Source of the DNA: Tabrizicola sp.
GTDB lineage: Bacteria > Pseudomonadota > Alphaproteobacteria > Rhodobacterales > Rhodobacteraceae
Reading direction: 5' to 3'
DNA length: 64,000 bases
NCBI RefSeq assembly: GCF_041919135.1
Contig: NZ_JAYRUJ010000011.1
Span: 8,786-72,785, forward strand
A program made the position numbers and the translations under genes. The notes under the pieces are model-generated. The model made no database searches, was not told the DNA's origin, and saw only the letters and a list, made by a program, of their open reading frames with translations. Positions 40,999-53,100 of this stretch are shown in pieces (the stretch's first letter is position 1; every line of letters begins with the position of its first letter).

Positions 40999-42699
40999 TC
41001 ACGCCATCACCTCGAACCGATCCACGTCGACCATCCCGAAATCGGTGATCTTCAGATGCGGGATCACCGGCAGGGCCAGGAAGGCGAGTTGCAGGAACGG
41101 CTCCTCCAGCACCACCCCCAGCGACCGTGCGGCAGCCCGCAGCGCCACCAGGCGCTCCCGCACCGCCTCGAAGCTGTCCAGGCTCATCAACCCGGCGACC
41201 GGCAGCGCCAGTTCGGCCAGCACCCGGCCGCCCTCGACCACCACGAAGCCGCCTTCGATCTCGCCCAGCCGGTTCGCCGCCAGCGCCATGTCGGTGTAAT
41301 CCGCCCCCACCACCGCGATGTTGTGGTGGTCGTGGCAGACGGTGGAGCCGATCGCCCCGCGTTTCAGCCCGAAGCCCTGCACGAATCCCGTCGCCCGGTT
41401 CCCGTTCACCCCATGCCGCTCGATCACCGCGATCTTGACCAGGTCGCGCGCGAGGTCCGGCTTCTTGTCCCCGTCCTGCGGGGCCAGGTCGAAGGTCCGG
41501 TGCTCGGTGATGATCTTGCCCGGCAGGATGCCGATCACCGGCGTCTCGGCCCGGTTGCCCCCGGTCCGGAAATCCCCGGCCCCGACCGGCGGGGCCTTGA
41601 CCGAGTGCCGGGCGACGGGCGCCGTCGTGGCCCGCGCCGCGAAGGCCGCGTCATCGGCCGCCACGCCCCCCGCCAGCACGAGGCTGGCATGGCACCCCTC
41701 CAGGCTGTCGATCACCGCGATATCCGCCCGCTTGCCCGGCGCGATCAGGCCGCGGTCCTTCAGCCCGAAGGCCTCGGCCGCGCTCAGGGAAGCCGCCCGG
41801 TAGACCGCCAGCGGCGGCGCCCCCAGTTCGATGGCGGTGCGGATCATGTAGTCGAGATGCCCATGCTCGCCGATGTCCAAGGGGTTCCGGTCGTCGGTGC
41901 AGAGGCAGAGGTAAGGGGCGAATCGTTCGGTGAGCAGTCCCGCCAGCGCGTGCAGGTCCTTCGAGACCGAGCCCTCGCGGATCAGCACCCGCATCCCCTT
42001 GCGCAGCTTCTCCAGCCCCTCGTCATGGGTGGTCGCCTCATGCTCGGTGCGGATTCCTGCCGCGATATATCCGTTCAGGTCCAGCCCGCGCAGCAGGGGC
42101 GCGTGGCCGTCGATGTGGCGGCCCCGGAACGCCTCCAGCTTCTCCAGGCAGCCCGGATCCTTCATCAGCACGCCGGGATAGTTCATGAACTCGGCCAGGC
42201 CGATGACCTTGGGATGGTCCATGAGGGGCACCAGATCGGCTGCGGACAGCCGCGCCCCGGTCGTTTCCATATGGGTCGAGGGCACGCAGGACGACAGCTG
42301 CACCCGCAGGTCCATCACCAGTTGCGATGCGGACTCAAGAAAGAAGCGGATGCCCTCGATCCCGCAGACATTGGCGATCTCGTGCGGGTCGCAGATCGCC
42401 GTCGTCACCCCGCGCGGGGTCACGCAGCGGTCGAACTCGTGCGGGGTGACCAGCGAGCTTTCCACATGCAGATGCGTGTCGATGAAGCCCGGCACCAGCA
42501 CCCGGCCCGAGACGTCGATCTCGCGCCGCCCCGCATAGGTCCCGAAGACCCCGACGATGGTGTCGCCGCAGATCGCCACGTCGGTTTCCACCAGATCGCC
42601 GGTGATCAGGTCGAAGACCCGCCCCCCCTTCAGCACCAGATCGGCGGGGACAAGGCCGCGACCCTGATCAATTCTGTCCGCGAGGGGTGATTTCGACAT
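40999..42699 (-). CDS. ade: Adenine deaminase
   Basis: [41 protein letters not shown]. Confidence 0.96.
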   Translation of the reverse strand: MSKSPLADRIDQGRGLVPADLVLKGGRVFDLITGDLVETDVAICGDTIVGVFGTYAGRREIDVSGRVLVPGFIDTHLHVESSLVTPHEFDRCVTPRGVTTAICDPHEIANVCGIEGIRFFLESASQLVMDLRVQLSSCVPSTHMETTGARLSAADLVPLMDHPKVIGLAEFMNYPGVLMKDPGCLEKLEAFRGRHIDGHAPLLRGLDLNGYIAAGIRTEHEATTHDEGLEKLRKGMRVLIREGSVSKDLHALAGLLTERFAPYLCLCTDDRNPLDIGEHGHLDYMIRTAIELGAPPLAVYRAASLSAAEAFGLKDRGLIAPGKRADIAVIDSLEGCHASLVLAGGVAADDAAFAARATTAPVARHSVKAPPVGAGDFRTGGNRAETPVIGILPGKIITEHRTFDLAPQDGDKKPDLARDLVKIAVIERHGVNGNRATGFVQGFGLKRGAIGSTVCHDHHNIAVVGADYTDMALAANRLGEIEGGFVVVEGGRVLAELALPVAGLMSLDSFEAVRERLVALRAAARSLGVVLEEPFLQLAFLALPVIPHLKITDFGMVDVDRFEVMA

Positions 42700-42774
42700 G
42701 GCATTCTCCTTTCCGATCAGGGAACCTGAAAGCCGATGCGGCGTCCAGTGGCCGTGACCGAAACGGACCTTTCC

Positions 42775-43695
42775 ATGCGCCCCCTGCGCGGCATTGCCTT
42801 CAAGCTCGCCTCTGTCCTGGTGTTCATCGTGATGTCCTCGCTGATCAAGGCGACGGCGCAGCATGTGCCCGCGGGGCAGGCGGTGTTCTTCCGGTCCTTC
42901 TTTGCGATCCCGGTGATCGTCGCATGGCTTGCCTTTCAACGCGAGTTGGGGACGGGGCTGAAGACGGCCAATCCGATGGGGCATCTCTGGCGCGGGGTGG
43001 TGGGCACCATGGCGATGGGGCTGGGCTTCGCGGGCCTGGGCTATCTGCCGCTGCCCGAGGTCACCGCCATCGGCTATGCCGCGCCGCTGCTGACGGTGAT
43101 CTTCGCGGCGATGTTCCTGGGCGAGGAGGTGCGGGCCTTCCGCGTCTCGGCGGTCATCCTGGGCATGGTCGGGGTGCTGATCGTGCTGGCCCCGCGCCTG
43201 TCCATCGACCCCGGCAGCGCCGGCATCGCCGAGACCCTGGGCGCGATGCTGGTCCTGGGCGGCGCGGTCTTTGCCGCGCTGGCGCAGGTCTTCGTCCGCC
43301 GCCTGGTGCAGACCGAGGTGACGGCGGCCATCGTCTTCTACTTCTCGCTGACCGCGACGCTTCTGTCGCTGGTCACGCTGCCCTTCGGCTGGGTCTGGCC
43401 CACGCCCGCCGAGGCCGCGCTGCTGGTCACGGCGGGGCTTCTGGGCGGAGTGGGGCAGATCCTCCTGACCTCGAGCTACCGCGAGGCCGATGCCTCGCTG
43501 GTGGCGCCCTTCGATTATGCCTCGATGCTGTTCGCGCTGGGAATCGGCTATTTCGTCTTTGCCGAGGTGCCGACCCTGCCGATGCTGGCCGGCGCGGCGC
43601 TGATCGTGACGGCCGGAATCCTGATCATCTGGCGCGAGCGCAGGCTGGGGCTGGAGCGGGCGCGGCAAAGAAAGGCGATGACGCCGCAGGGTTAG
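42775..43695 (+). CDS. DMT/EamA family transporter
   Basis: About 10 TM segments; [24 protein letters not shown]. Confidence 0.92.
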   Translation: MRPLRGIAFKLASVLVFIVMSSLIKATAQHVPAGQAVFFRSFFAIPVIVAWLAFQRELGTGLKTANPMGHLWRGVVGTMAMGLGFAGLGYLPLPEVTAIGYAAPLLTVIFAAMFLGEEVRAFRVSAVILGMVGVLIVLAPRLSIDPGSAGIAETLGAMLVLGGAVFAALAQVFVRRLVQTEVTAAIVFYFSLTATLLSLVTLPFGWVWPTPAEAALLVTAGLLGGVGQILLTSSYREADASLVAPFDYASMLFALGIGYFVFAEVPTLPMLAGAALIVTAGILIIWRERRLGLERARQRKAMTPQG

Positions 43696-44483
43696 TCCCG
43701 GCGGCTCCAGGGCGGGGGTCTGCGGTCCAGGAAGGCCGCGATGCCGAGACGGGCCTCCTCGCCTTCCCAGATGTCGGCGAGGCGGCGGATGCTGTCCTCG
43801 ATCACCGCCGCGTCGATCCGCGGGCCAAGCGCGCGGGCCAGCCGCTTTGCGGCGGCGACGGCGGCGGGGGCGGCGGCAAGATAGGGCGCGACCTCGGCCT
43901 CGATGGCGGCGTCAAGCGCGTCCGGTTCCACCGCGCGGGCGATGAGACCCAGCCGTTCCGCCTCGTCCGCGTCGAAGGCGCGGGCCGACATGAAGACGCG
44001 GCGGGCGCGGCCCTCGCCGATCCGGGCCAGGACATAGGGACCGATGGTCGCGGGGATCAGGCCGAGGCGGGTTTCGGAAAAGCAGAAGCCGGTGCCCCGC
44101 GCCGCGAGAGCCACGTCGCAGACGCAGGCGAGGCCGAGGCCCCCGCCATAGGCCCCGCCGTGCAGCCTGCCGATCAGCGGCGCGGGGATCGTGTTCAGCG
44201 CCTGCAGCATCCCGGCCAGTTTCCCAGCCTCGCGGATCCTCTGCGCCCGGTCGGCCTCGACCTGGGCCTTCATCCAGGCAAGGTCGCCGCCCGCGCAGAA
44301 GACGGGGCCCGCGCCGGACAGAACGATGGCCCGCGTCGCGGGGTCCTGCCCGACGGTGGAGGCGAATTCGGTCAGTTCGGCGATCATGGCGGGGGACAGG
44401 ACATTGCGCCGCTCGGGTATGTTCAGGACCAGCCGGACCACGCCGCGCGGATCGGTGGTGACGTCCAGGGTCTGCCAGGTCAT
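43692..44483 (-). CDS. liuC: Crotonase-family hydratase, probably methylglutaconyl-CoA hydratase
   Basis: [31 protein letters not shown]; last gene of the liu operon. Confidence 0.82.
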   Translation of the reverse strand: MTWQTLDVTTDPRGVVRLVLNIPERRNVLSPAMIAELTEFASTVGQDPATRAIVLSGAGPVFCAGGDLAWMKAQVEADRAQRIREAGKLAGMLQALNTIPAPLIGRLHGGAYGGGLGLACVCDVALAARGTGFCFSETRLGLIPATIGPYVLARIGEGRARRVFMSARAFDADEAERLGLIARAVEPDALDAAIEAEVAPYLAAAPAAVAAAKRLARALGPRIDAAVIEDSIRRLADIWEGEEARLGIAAFLDRRPPPWSRRD

Positions 44484-45337
44484 GGCGCGCTCCTCAGGCT
44501 GCGGGCAAAGCCGGCGGCTGCGGCCAGCCGGTCGGGATCAAGGCCGGTGGCAAGGCCTTGGGACTGCAGGAAGGCGGCCACCGTCTCGGTTGCGACATTG
44601 CCTTTCGCGCCGGGCGCATAGGGGCAGCCGCCAAGGCCGCCGGCCGAGGTGTCGAAGACCCGCAGCCCAAGGTCGAGGCTGGTCGCGATGTTCTGCACCG
44701 CCAGGCCCCGCGTGTCGTGATAGTGCCCGGCAAGGCGGTCGGCGGGCAGGCGGTCCAGCACCGCCTTCAGCATCCGGCCGATGGTTTCGGGCGTGCCCGC
44801 GCCCAGGGTGTCGCCCAGGCTGATCCGGTGGCAGCCCATCGCCGCCAGAGCCGCGGCCAGATCGGCCACCGCCCCGGGCGCGACCGGGCCGTCATAGGGG
44901 CAATCCGTGACGCAGGAGACATAGCCCCGGACCGGGATCGCCTTTTCCGCCGCCCGGGCCAGCACCGGGCGGAAGCGGTCCAGGCTTTCGGCGATGGAGC
45001 AATTGATGTTGCGCCGCGAGAACCCTTCCGAAGCCGAGGCGAAGACCGCAACCTCGTCCGCCCCGGCGGCGAGGGCGCGTTCCAGGCCCTGGAGGTTGGG
45101 CACCAGCGCGGCATAGCGCACGCCGGGCCGGCGCGTGATCCCGGCCATGACCTCGGCCGCGTCGGCCAGCTGCGGGACCCATTTCGGGCTGACGAAACTG
45201 GTCACCTCGATATGGCTGAAACCGCAGTCCGACAGCAGGTCGACCAGGCGGATCTTGTCGGCGGTTGCGATCTGCCGGGCCTCGTTCTGCAACCCGTCGC
45301 GGGGGCCGACCTCGTAGAGGGTGACGTGGTCAGGCAT
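44480..45337 (-). CDS. hmgL: Hydroxymethylglutaryl-CoA lyase
   Basis: EVGPRDGLQNE, LGDTLG, HYHDT, GLGGCPYAPGAKGN. Confidence 0.95.
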   Translation of the reverse strand: MPDHVTLYEVGPRDGLQNEARQIATADKIRLVDLLSDCGFSHIEVTSFVSPKWVPQLADAAEVMAGITRRPGVRYAALVPNLQGLERALAAGADEVAVFASASEGFSRRNINCSIAESLDRFRPVLARAAEKAIPVRGYVSCVTDCPYDGPVAPGAVADLAAALAAMGCHRISLGDTLGAGTPETIGRMLKAVLDRLPADRLAGHYHDTRGLAVQNIATSLDLGLRVFDTSAGGLGGCPYAPGAKGNVATETVAAFLQSQGLATGLDPDRLAAAAGFARSLRSAP

Positions 45338-47333
45338 CCCCGGGCTCCATCCGTAGCAGGACCGTGCCGTCGCCGACCTGATCACCTTCCGCGACCAGGA
45401 CCTCGGCCACCACCCCGTCGCGGGGGGCGGCCAGGACATGCTCCATCTTCATCGCTTCCAGAAGGAGGAGCGGCTCGCCCTTCCGGACGCGCTCGCCGGC
45501 CCTGGTGCGCAGCGGGCCGACAAGGCCCGGCATCGGCGCGATGATCGCATCGCCGCCGTCATGGTCGTGCGTGCCGCCAAGCAGCGGGTCCGGCACCGAG
45601 AAATCGTGCTTCACGCCGTCGAGGAACAGCGAAACGCGGCCGGGACAGGCCACCGCATGCGCCGTCCGCTGCACGCCCCCGGACAGGAAGCGGACAGCGC
45701 CCGACCGATGGTCGATGACCTTCAGCGCCGTCTCGCCCAGCGGGCTGGAGGCGGTGAACTCTCCCGGCCCGAGGTGGCGCAGCCTGAGGTCGAGCCGCTC
45801 TCCGCCATGGGCCAGCGCGACATGGCTTTCCGCCGCGCCCCAGCCGCGCCAGCCGGTCAGGCTGCGCCAGGGGTCGGGATCGGCCGGGGCGGAGAGCAGG
45901 TCCAGCACCGCCAGCGCCGCAAGGGCGGGGGCCTCGGGCGGCAGGGGCGGGCGGGCGGTCAGGCCCTCCAGTTCCCGCGCGATCAGGCCGGTATCGACCG
46001 CGCCCGCGCGAAAGTCGGGATGCCGGGCCAGCGCGGCCAGGAACTCGACATTGGTGGTCGATCCGGCGATCCGGCATTCGTCAAGCACGGTGGCCAGCCG
46101 GGCCAGCGCCGAGGCGCGGTCGGGCCCGTGGACGATGATCTTGGCGAGCATCGGGTCATACCAGGGCGAGACCTCATCGCCCTCGCGCACGCCCGCGTCG
46201 ATCCGCACCGGGCCGGGGGCAAAGGCAGCAGCGGGCGGGAAGGAGAGATGCGTCAGCCGTCCGGTCGCGGGCAGGAAGCCCCTTTCCGCATCCTCGGCGT
46301 AAAGCCGGGCCTCGAAGGCATGGCCGTCGATCGCCAGCTCCTCCTGCCGGAAGGGCAGCGCCTCGCCCGAGGCGACGCGCAGTTGCAGCTCGACGAAATC
46401 CAGCCCGGTGATCGCCTCGGAGACCGGGTGTTCGACCTGAAGCCGGGTGTTCATCTCCATGAACCAGAAGCCGTCCTCGCGCAGCGGGCCGGAGCCGTCG
46501 GCGATGAATTCCACCGTCCCGGCGCCGCGATAGCCGATGGCGCGGGCGGCCTGGACCGCGGCGCGGCCCATGGCGGCGCGGACGGCATCGGTCATGCCGG
46601 GGGCGGGGGCCTCCTCGATCACCTTCTGGTGCCGGCGCTGGAGCGAGCAATCGCGCTCGAACAGATGCACCGCATTGCCATGGGCATCGGCGAAGACCTG
46701 GATCTCGATATGGCGGGGGCGGGTGACGTATTTCTCGATCAGGCAGGCCGGGTCGCCGAAGCTGGCCTGCGCCTCGCGTTCCGCGCCCTGCAGGGCTGCG
46801 GCGAAATCGGCCGGGTGTTCCACCAGCCGCATCCCCTTGCCGCCGCCGCCGGCGCGGGCCTTGATCAGGACCGGATAGCCGAGGGCGGCGGCCTGCCCGG
46901 CCAGGAAGGCGGGATCGCGGGTCTCGCCATGATAGCCGGGCACCACCGGCACCCCGGCCGATTGCATCAATGCCTTGGCGGCATCCTTCAGGCCCATGGC
47001 GCGGATCGCCTGCGCAGGCGGGCCGATGAAGACGAGGCCCGCCGCTTCCACCTCGGCCACGAATCCGGGGTTCTCCGACAGGAAGCCATAGCCGGGATGG
47101 ATCGCCTCTGCGCCGGTCTTCAGCGCGGCCGCGATGATCGCCTCGCCGCGCAGGTAGCTTTCCGCCACCGGGGCGGGACCGATCCGCACCGCCTCGTCGG
47201 CCAGCGCGACATGCAGCGCGCCGGCATCGGCGTCGGAATGGACGGCCACCGTAGCCAGCCCCAGGCGGCGGGCGGTGGTGATGACGCGGGCGGCGATCTC
47301 GCCCCGGTTGGCGATCAGGATCTTGCGGAACAT
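45330..47333 (-). CDS. mccA: 3-methylcrotonyl-CoA carboxylase, biotin subunit
   Basis: IANRGEIA, HPGYGFLSEN, EMNTRLQVEH, EAMKME biotinylation motif. Confidence 0.92.
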   Translation of the reverse strand: MFRKILIANRGEIAARVITTARRLGLATVAVHSDADAGALHVALADEAVRIGPAPVAESYLRGEAIIAAALKTGAEAIHPGYGFLSENPGFVAEVEAAGLVFIGPPAQAIRAMGLKDAAKALMQSAGVPVVPGYHGETRDPAFLAGQAAALGYPVLIKARAGGGGKGMRLVEHPADFAAALQGAEREAQASFGDPACLIEKYVTRPRHIEIQVFADAHGNAVHLFERDCSLQRRHQKVIEEAPAPGMTDAVRAAMGRAAVQAARAIGYRGAGTVEFIADGSGPLREDGFWFMEMNTRLQVEHPVSEAITGLDFVELQLRVASGEALPFRQEELAIDGHAFEARLYAEDAERGFLPATGRLTHLSFPPAAAFAPGPVRIDAGVREGDEVSPWYDPMLAKIIVHGPDRASALARLATVLDECRIAGSTTNVEFLAALARHPDFRAGAVDTGLIARELEGLTARPPLPPEAPALAALAVLDLLSAPADPDPWRSLTGWRGWGAAESHVALAHGGERLDLRLRHLGPGEFTASSPLGETALKVIDHRSGAVRFLSGGVQRTAHAVACPGRVSLFLDGVKHDFSVPDPLLGGTHDHDGGDAIIAPMPGLVGPLRTRAGERVRKGEPLLLLEAMKMEHVLAAPRDGVVAEVLVAEGDQVGDGTVLLRMEPGDA

Positions 47334-47340
47334 TCGGGCC

Positions 47341-48948
47341 TCACATGCGGAACAGGCCAAAGCGCGTCGGCGGGATCGGGGCGTTCAGCGTGGCGGACAG
47401 CGACAGCGCCAGCACCTGACGCGTCCGGCGCGGGTCGATGATCCCGTCGTCCCACAGCCGGGCCGAGGCGTAGAGCGGATGCGACTGGCGCTCGAACATT
47501 TCCAGCGTCGGGCGCTTGAACTCCGCCTCCGCCTCGGGTGACCAGGTGCCGCCCTGCCGTTCGATCCCGTCGCGGCGGACGGTGGCAAGGACGCCTGCCG
47601 CCTGCTCGCCGCCCATGACCGAGATCCGGCTGTTCGGCCAGGTCCAGAGAAAGCGCGGCCCGTAGGCGCGGCCGCACATGCCGTAATTGCCCGCCCCGAA
47701 CGAGCCGCCGACGATCAGCGTGATCTTCGGCACCTGCGTCGTGGCCACGGCGGTGACCAGCTTTGCGCCATCCTTGGCGATGCCCCGGTTCTCGGCGGTC
47801 TTGCCCACCATGAAGCCCGAGATGTTCTGCAGGAACACCAGCGGGATGCCGCGCTGCGAACACAGCTCCACGAAATGCGCGGCCTTCAGCGCGCTTTCCG
47901 AGAAGATCACCCCGTTGTTGCCGATGATTCCGACCGGGATGCCCATCACATGCGCGAAACCGCAGGTGATGGTGGTGCCATAGCGCGGCTTGAACTCGTC
48001 ATAGCGTGAGCCGTCGACGATGCGGGCGATCAACTCGCGGATGTCCCAGGGGGTTTTCAGGCCGGGCGGGACAAGGCCGAGGATGTCTTCGGGGTCGAAG
48101 GCCGGGTCCTCGGGGGCTTGCAGGGCGACAGCCGGTCGCTTCTCGCGGTTCAGGTTCGCCACCGCGCGGCGGGCCAGCGCAAGGGCATGGGCGTCGTCCT
48201 CGGCCAGAAGGTCGGCCACGCCGGACAGCCGCGTATGCACGTCGCCGCCGCCAAGTTCCTCGGCGCTGACGACCTCTCCGGTCGCGGCGCGCACCAGCGG
48301 CGGGCCGGCGAGGAAGATCGTCCCCTGGTCCTTCACGATGATCGTCACATCCGACATCGCCGGCACATAGGCCCCGCCCGCGGTGCAGGAGCCCATGACC
48401 ACCGCGATCTGCGCGATGCCCTGCGCCGACATGTTGGCCTGGTTGAAGAAGATGCGGCCGAAATGGTCGCGGTCGGGAAAGACCTCGTCCTGGTTCGGCA
48501 GGTTCGCGCCGCCGGAATCCACCAGATAGACGCAGGGCAGGCGGTTCTCGGCCGCGATCTCCTGCGCGCGCAGGTGCTTTTTCACCGTCATCGGGAAATA
48601 GGTGCCGCCCTTCACCGTGGCGTCATTGGCAAGGATCATCACCTCCTGCCCCTCGACCCGGCCGATCCCGGCGATCAGCCCGGCCGAAGGGCTGGCGCCG
48701 TCGTAAAGCCCCTGCGCGGCGAAGATGCCGATCTCCAGGAAGGGCGAGCCGGGGTCGAGCAGCCGGTCGATGCGTTCGCGCGGCAGCAGCTTGCCCCGGC
48801 TGCGGTGCCGGTCGCGGGCCTGTTCGCCGCCACTGGCAAGGGCCAGCGTGGCGGCGGCCGTCACGACCTCCAGCGCGGCAAGGTTGGCCGCTCGATTGGC
48901 GCGGAACGCCTCGCTGCGCGGCGATACGGCCGAGGTCAGGATCGTCAT
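47341..48948 (-). CDS. mccB: 3-methylcrotonyl-CoA carboxylase, carboxyltransferase subunit
   Basis: [43 protein letters not shown]. Confidence 0.93.
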   Translation of the reverse strand: MTILTSAVSPRSEAFRANRAANLAALEVVTAAATLALASGGEQARDRHRSRGKLLPRERIDRLLDPGSPFLEIGIFAAQGLYDGASPSAGLIAGIGRVEGQEVMILANDATVKGGTYFPMTVKKHLRAQEIAAENRLPCVYLVDSGGANLPNQDEVFPDRDHFGRIFFNQANMSAQGIAQIAVVMGSCTAGGAYVPAMSDVTIIVKDQGTIFLAGPPLVRAATGEVVSAEELGGGDVHTRLSGVADLLAEDDAHALALARRAVANLNREKRPAVALQAPEDPAFDPEDILGLVPPGLKTPWDIRELIARIVDGSRYDEFKPRYGTTITCGFAHVMGIPVGIIGNNGVIFSESALKAAHFVELCSQRGIPLVFLQNISGFMVGKTAENRGIAKDGAKLVTAVATTQVPKITLIVGGSFGAGNYGMCGRAYGPRFLWTWPNSRISVMGGEQAAGVLATVRRDGIERQGGTWSPEAEAEFKRPTLEMFERQSHPLYASARLWDDGIIDPRRTRQVLALSLSATLNAPIPPTRFGLFRM

Positions 48949-50111
48949 GCCCCCATCGCCCCCATCAGCTCGCGTCCGATCAGCATGCGGCGGATCTCGG
49001 AGGTGCCCGCGCCGATCTCCATCAGCTTGGCGTCGCGGAAGATGCGGGCGACGGCTGCGTCGTTCAGAAAGCCCGCGCCGCCCATCGCCTGCACCGCCTG
49101 ATGCGCCACCTGCATCGCCATCTCCGAGGCGTAAAGCACGCAGGCCGCCGCATCGGCGCGGGTCACGCGGCCCCGGTCGCAGGCGCGGGCGACGGCGTAG
49201 ACATAGGCCCGGGCCGAGTTGAGCCTAGTGTAGATGTCGGCGATCTTGCCCTGCATCAGCTGGAACTGCCCGATGCTTTGCCCGAACTGCTTGCGGGTGA
49301 CCATATAGGGCATGATCTCGTCCAGGCAGGCGGCCATGATGCCGGTGCCGATGCCGGACAGCACCACGCGCTCGTAATCCAGCCCCGACATCAGCACGCG
49401 CACGCCCTTGCCCTCGGCCCCCAGCAGGTTCCCGGCGGGGACGGCGACATTCTCGAAGATCAGCTCGCCGGTGTTCGAGCCCCGCATCCCCAGCTTGTCG
49501 AAATGCGGCGAGGTGCGGAAACCCGGCATGGTCCGTTCGACAAGAAAGGCGGTGATGCCCTTCGATCCCGCCTGCGGGTCGGTCTTGGCATAGACCACCA
49601 GCACATCGGCGTCCGGGCCGTTGGTGATCCAGTATTTCGTGCCGTTGAGGATGTAGTGGTCGCCCCGCTTCTCGGCGCGCAGCGTCATCGACACCACATC
49701 CGACCCGGCCCCCGCCTCGGACATGGCCAAGGCGCCGACCCGGGTGCCCGCGATCAGGCCGGGCAGGTATGTCCGCTTCTGCGCCTCGGTCCCGTTCAGG
49801 GCGATCTGGTTAACGCAGAGGTTGGAATGCGCGCCATAGCTCAGCGAGACCGAGGCCGAGGCGCGGGCGATCTCCTCGACCGCGACGACATGGGCGAGGT
49901 AGCCCATCCCCGCGCCGCCATGTTCCTCGGGCACGGTGATGCCGAGAAGGCCAAGCGCGCCCATCTCGGGCCAAAGCTCCGCCGGGAAGGCGTTCCGCCG
50001 GTCGATCTCCGCCGCCATCGGCCTGAGCCTTTCCTGCGCCCAGCGGTGGACCATCCCGCGCAGCGCCTCGACATCCTCGCCCAGATCGAAACCCATCGAA
50101 CCCAGAAACAT
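48945..50111 (-). CDS. ivd: Isovaleryl-CoA dehydrogenase
   Basis: [43 protein letters not shown]. Confidence 0.93.
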   Translation of the reverse strand: MFLGSMGFDLGEDVEALRGMVHRWAQERLRPMAAEIDRRNAFPAELWPEMGALGLLGITVPEEHGGAGMGYLAHVVAVEEIARASASVSLSYGAHSNLCVNQIALNGTEAQKRTYLPGLIAGTRVGALAMSEAGAGSDVVSMTLRAEKRGDHYILNGTKYWITNGPDADVLVVYAKTDPQAGSKGITAFLVERTMPGFRTSPHFDKLGMRGSNTGELIFENVAVPAGNLLGAEGKGVRVLMSGLDYERVVLSGIGTGIMAACLDEIMPYMVTRKQFGQSIGQFQLMQGKIADIYTRLNSARAYVYAVARACDRGRVTRADAAACVLYASEMAMQVAHQAVQAMGGAGFLNDAAVARIFRDAKLMEIGAGTSEIRRMLIGRELMGAMGA

Positions 50112-50120
50112 TCCGTCCCC

Positions 50121-53100
50121 CTATTCCGCCGCCGTTGCCAGCGGTCTTGTTTCCTGCAGCGCCGCCCGCAGCGCCTCGCGCCGTTCCATCTGCCGGGCGA
50201 AGGCCGCCTCCTTGACCGGACCATAGCCCCGAATCTCCTGCGGCAGGGTAAGAAGCTCATGCAGGAGCGGCAGGGTTTCGGGCGAAAGCACCCGTTCGGC
50301 CAGGTCAAGGTCGGCCTCGTAAAGCGCGATCAGCCGGCGTTCCATCCGGCGGTCGGCGGTATGGCCGAAGGGATCGGCCCAGGTGCCGCGCAGGCGTTTC
50401 AGCCGGGCGAGGAGGCCGAGGACCGGCAGGATCCAGGGCCCGAACTCGCGCTTGCGCGGGCGGCCGTCGGCGGCCTTGCCCGGCAGGATCGGCGGGGCGA
50501 GGTTCAGGGCGATACGGTAGGGGCCTTCGAACTCGGCCTCGAGCCCGGCGCGGAAGGCGGGGTCGGAGTAAAGCCGCGCGACTTCGTATTCGTCCTTGTA
50601 GGCCAGGACCTTGGCATAGGTCTCGGCGGCGGTGCGGGTCAGCGCGCCGGCCCCGATCCGGTCCGCGGCCCTGCCGATCCGCTCCAGCCGGGCGCGGTAG
50701 CGGTCGGCAAGGGCCGCGTCCTGATAGGCGCGCAGATGCGCCGCGCGGCGGTCGATCAGCACGGCAAGGGCGGGCGGTTCGGGCGCGCCCGCCTCACCGG
50801 CGAGGGCCATGATGCGCGCGGGATCATGGGCAAGCAGTCGGCCCCAGTTGAAGGCATCGGTGGTGGACTGCACCGCCGTGCCGTTCAGCGCGATGGCCTG
50901 CAGGATCGAGTCGCGCGCCAGCGGGATGAGGCCGAGTTGCCAGGCATAGCCGACCATCATCAGGTTCGCGCCGATCTCGTCGCCGGTCAGCGCCCGCGCC
51001 AGCGCCGAGAAGTTCAGGAAATTCCGCGACGACCGGGCCGCGCGCGCGACCGAGGCCTCGACCTGCGCCTCCTTGAAGTCGAAATCCCGGTGGCGGATGA
51101 AGTCCGAAACCGGGGTGATGCGGGTGTTCAGCACCACCTCGGTCCGGGCCGGATCGCAAAGAAGGATGCTGTCCTTCGACGCCGCCACCACCGAATCCGC
51201 CGCCAGCAGCAGATCGGCCGAGCCCGCCGCGATCCGGGGCGCGGCGATGGGCCGGTCGGGGCGCGAGATGCGGACGTTGCTCATCACCGCGCCGCCCTTC
51301 TGCGCAAGGCCGGCCATGTCCAGCACCATCGGGATCTTGCCGTCGACATGCGCCGCCATGCCCAGGATCGCGCTGATCGTCAGGACGCCGGTGCCGCCCA
51401 CCCCCGCCAGCGCCAGGTTCCAGGCGCGTTCGATCTTCGGCAGGACCGGCTCGGGCAGCGAGGAGACATCCGCCCCCGCCTGCGGCCGCGCCTTGCGCAA
51501 GGCCCCGCCCCGGACGGTGACGAAAGAGGGGCAGAAGCCCTTGAGACAGGAATAATCCTTGTTGCAGGCCGACTGGTTGATCCTGCGCTTGCGGCCGAGG
51601 TCGGTCTCCAAAGGCTCGACCGCCACGCAGTTCGAGGTCTCGGAACAATCGCCGCAGCCCTCGCAGACCGCCGGGTTGATCCAGAGCCGCATGGCCGGGT
51701 CCGCCATCTCACCGCGCTTGCGGCGGCGGCGCTTTTCGGCGGCGCAGGTCTGCTCGTAGACGATGACCGTCACGCCCGGCACCTCGCGCAGTTCCAGCAT
51801 CACCGCGTCGATCTCGTCGCGATGGCGGACCTCGGTGCCCTTGGCCAGGTCGGCGGCGCGATAGGCCTCGGGCCTGTCCGACATCAGGATGACGCGGGCC
51901 ACCCGCTCGTTGTGGACCAGGTGGGTGATCTGCTCGGGCGTCAGCACGCCGTCGATCGGCTGGCCGCCGGTCATGGCGACGGCGTCGTTGAACAGGATCT
52001 TGTAGGTGACATTGGCCCCCGCCGCGACCGACTGGCGGATCGCCAGATGGCCCGAGTGGAAATAGGTGCCGTCGCCCAGATTGACGAAACGGTGCTTTTC
52101 GTCGGTGAAATGGCGGATCGCGATCCAGGGCACGCCCTCGCCGCCCATCTGCGACAGGGTCTCGGTCCGGCGGTCCATCCAGATCGCCATGTAATGGCAG
52201 CCGATCCCCGCCATGGCCGTCGATCCCTCCGGCACGCGGGTCGAGGTGTTGTGCGGGCAGCCCGCGCAGTAATAGGGCACGCGCAGGACGGGGGGCACAT
52301 GGTCGGCGGCCCGCGCCTCGGCCCGGTGCAGCGCCTCGGCCCGGCTGCGCAGATGGGCAGCAAGGCTTTCGGGCAGGTCCAGCCGCAACAGCCGCTCGGC
52401 GATGGCGCCCGCCACCCGCGCCACCGTCAGCCCGGCGGACAGGCTGAGGAACGGCTGGTCCTTCTCGTCGAACTTGCCGACGATCCGGGGGCGGACGTCG
52501 CTGCGCCAGTTGAACAGCTCCTGCTTGATCTGGTTCTCGATGATCTCGCGGCGTTCCTCGACGACCAGCACCTCCTCCAGCCCCTGCGAGAAGGCGCGGA
52601 TGCCCTCGGGCTCCAGCGGCCAGGGCATCCGCACCTTGTAAAGCCGCAGTCCGATCACCGCCTGCTCCGCCGCGCCAAGGCCAAGCTCCGCCAGCGCCTG
52701 CCGCACGTCCTCATAGGCCTTGCCCGAGGCCACGATCCCGAAACGGTCGCGGCCGTGAGTGGTGATCAGCCGGTCCACTCCGTTGGCGCGGGCGAAGGCG
52801 ATGGCGGCATAGCCCTTGTGCTCTTGCAACCGTTCGTCCTGCACCAGCGGCGGATCGGGCCAGCGCAATCCGAGGCCGCCGGGCGGCAGCTCGAAATCCG
52901 CGGGCAGCACGAATTGCCGCGCCTCCTGCGCCAGATCCACCACCGAGGAAATCTCGACCGTCTCCGAGATCACCTTGAAGCCGACCCAGCAGCCCGAATA
53001 GCGCGACATGGCGATGCCCAGCAGGCCCATCTCCAGGAACTCATGGATCGACGAGGGGTAGAGCATCGGCATCAGCGCCGAGATGAAGGCATGGTCCGAC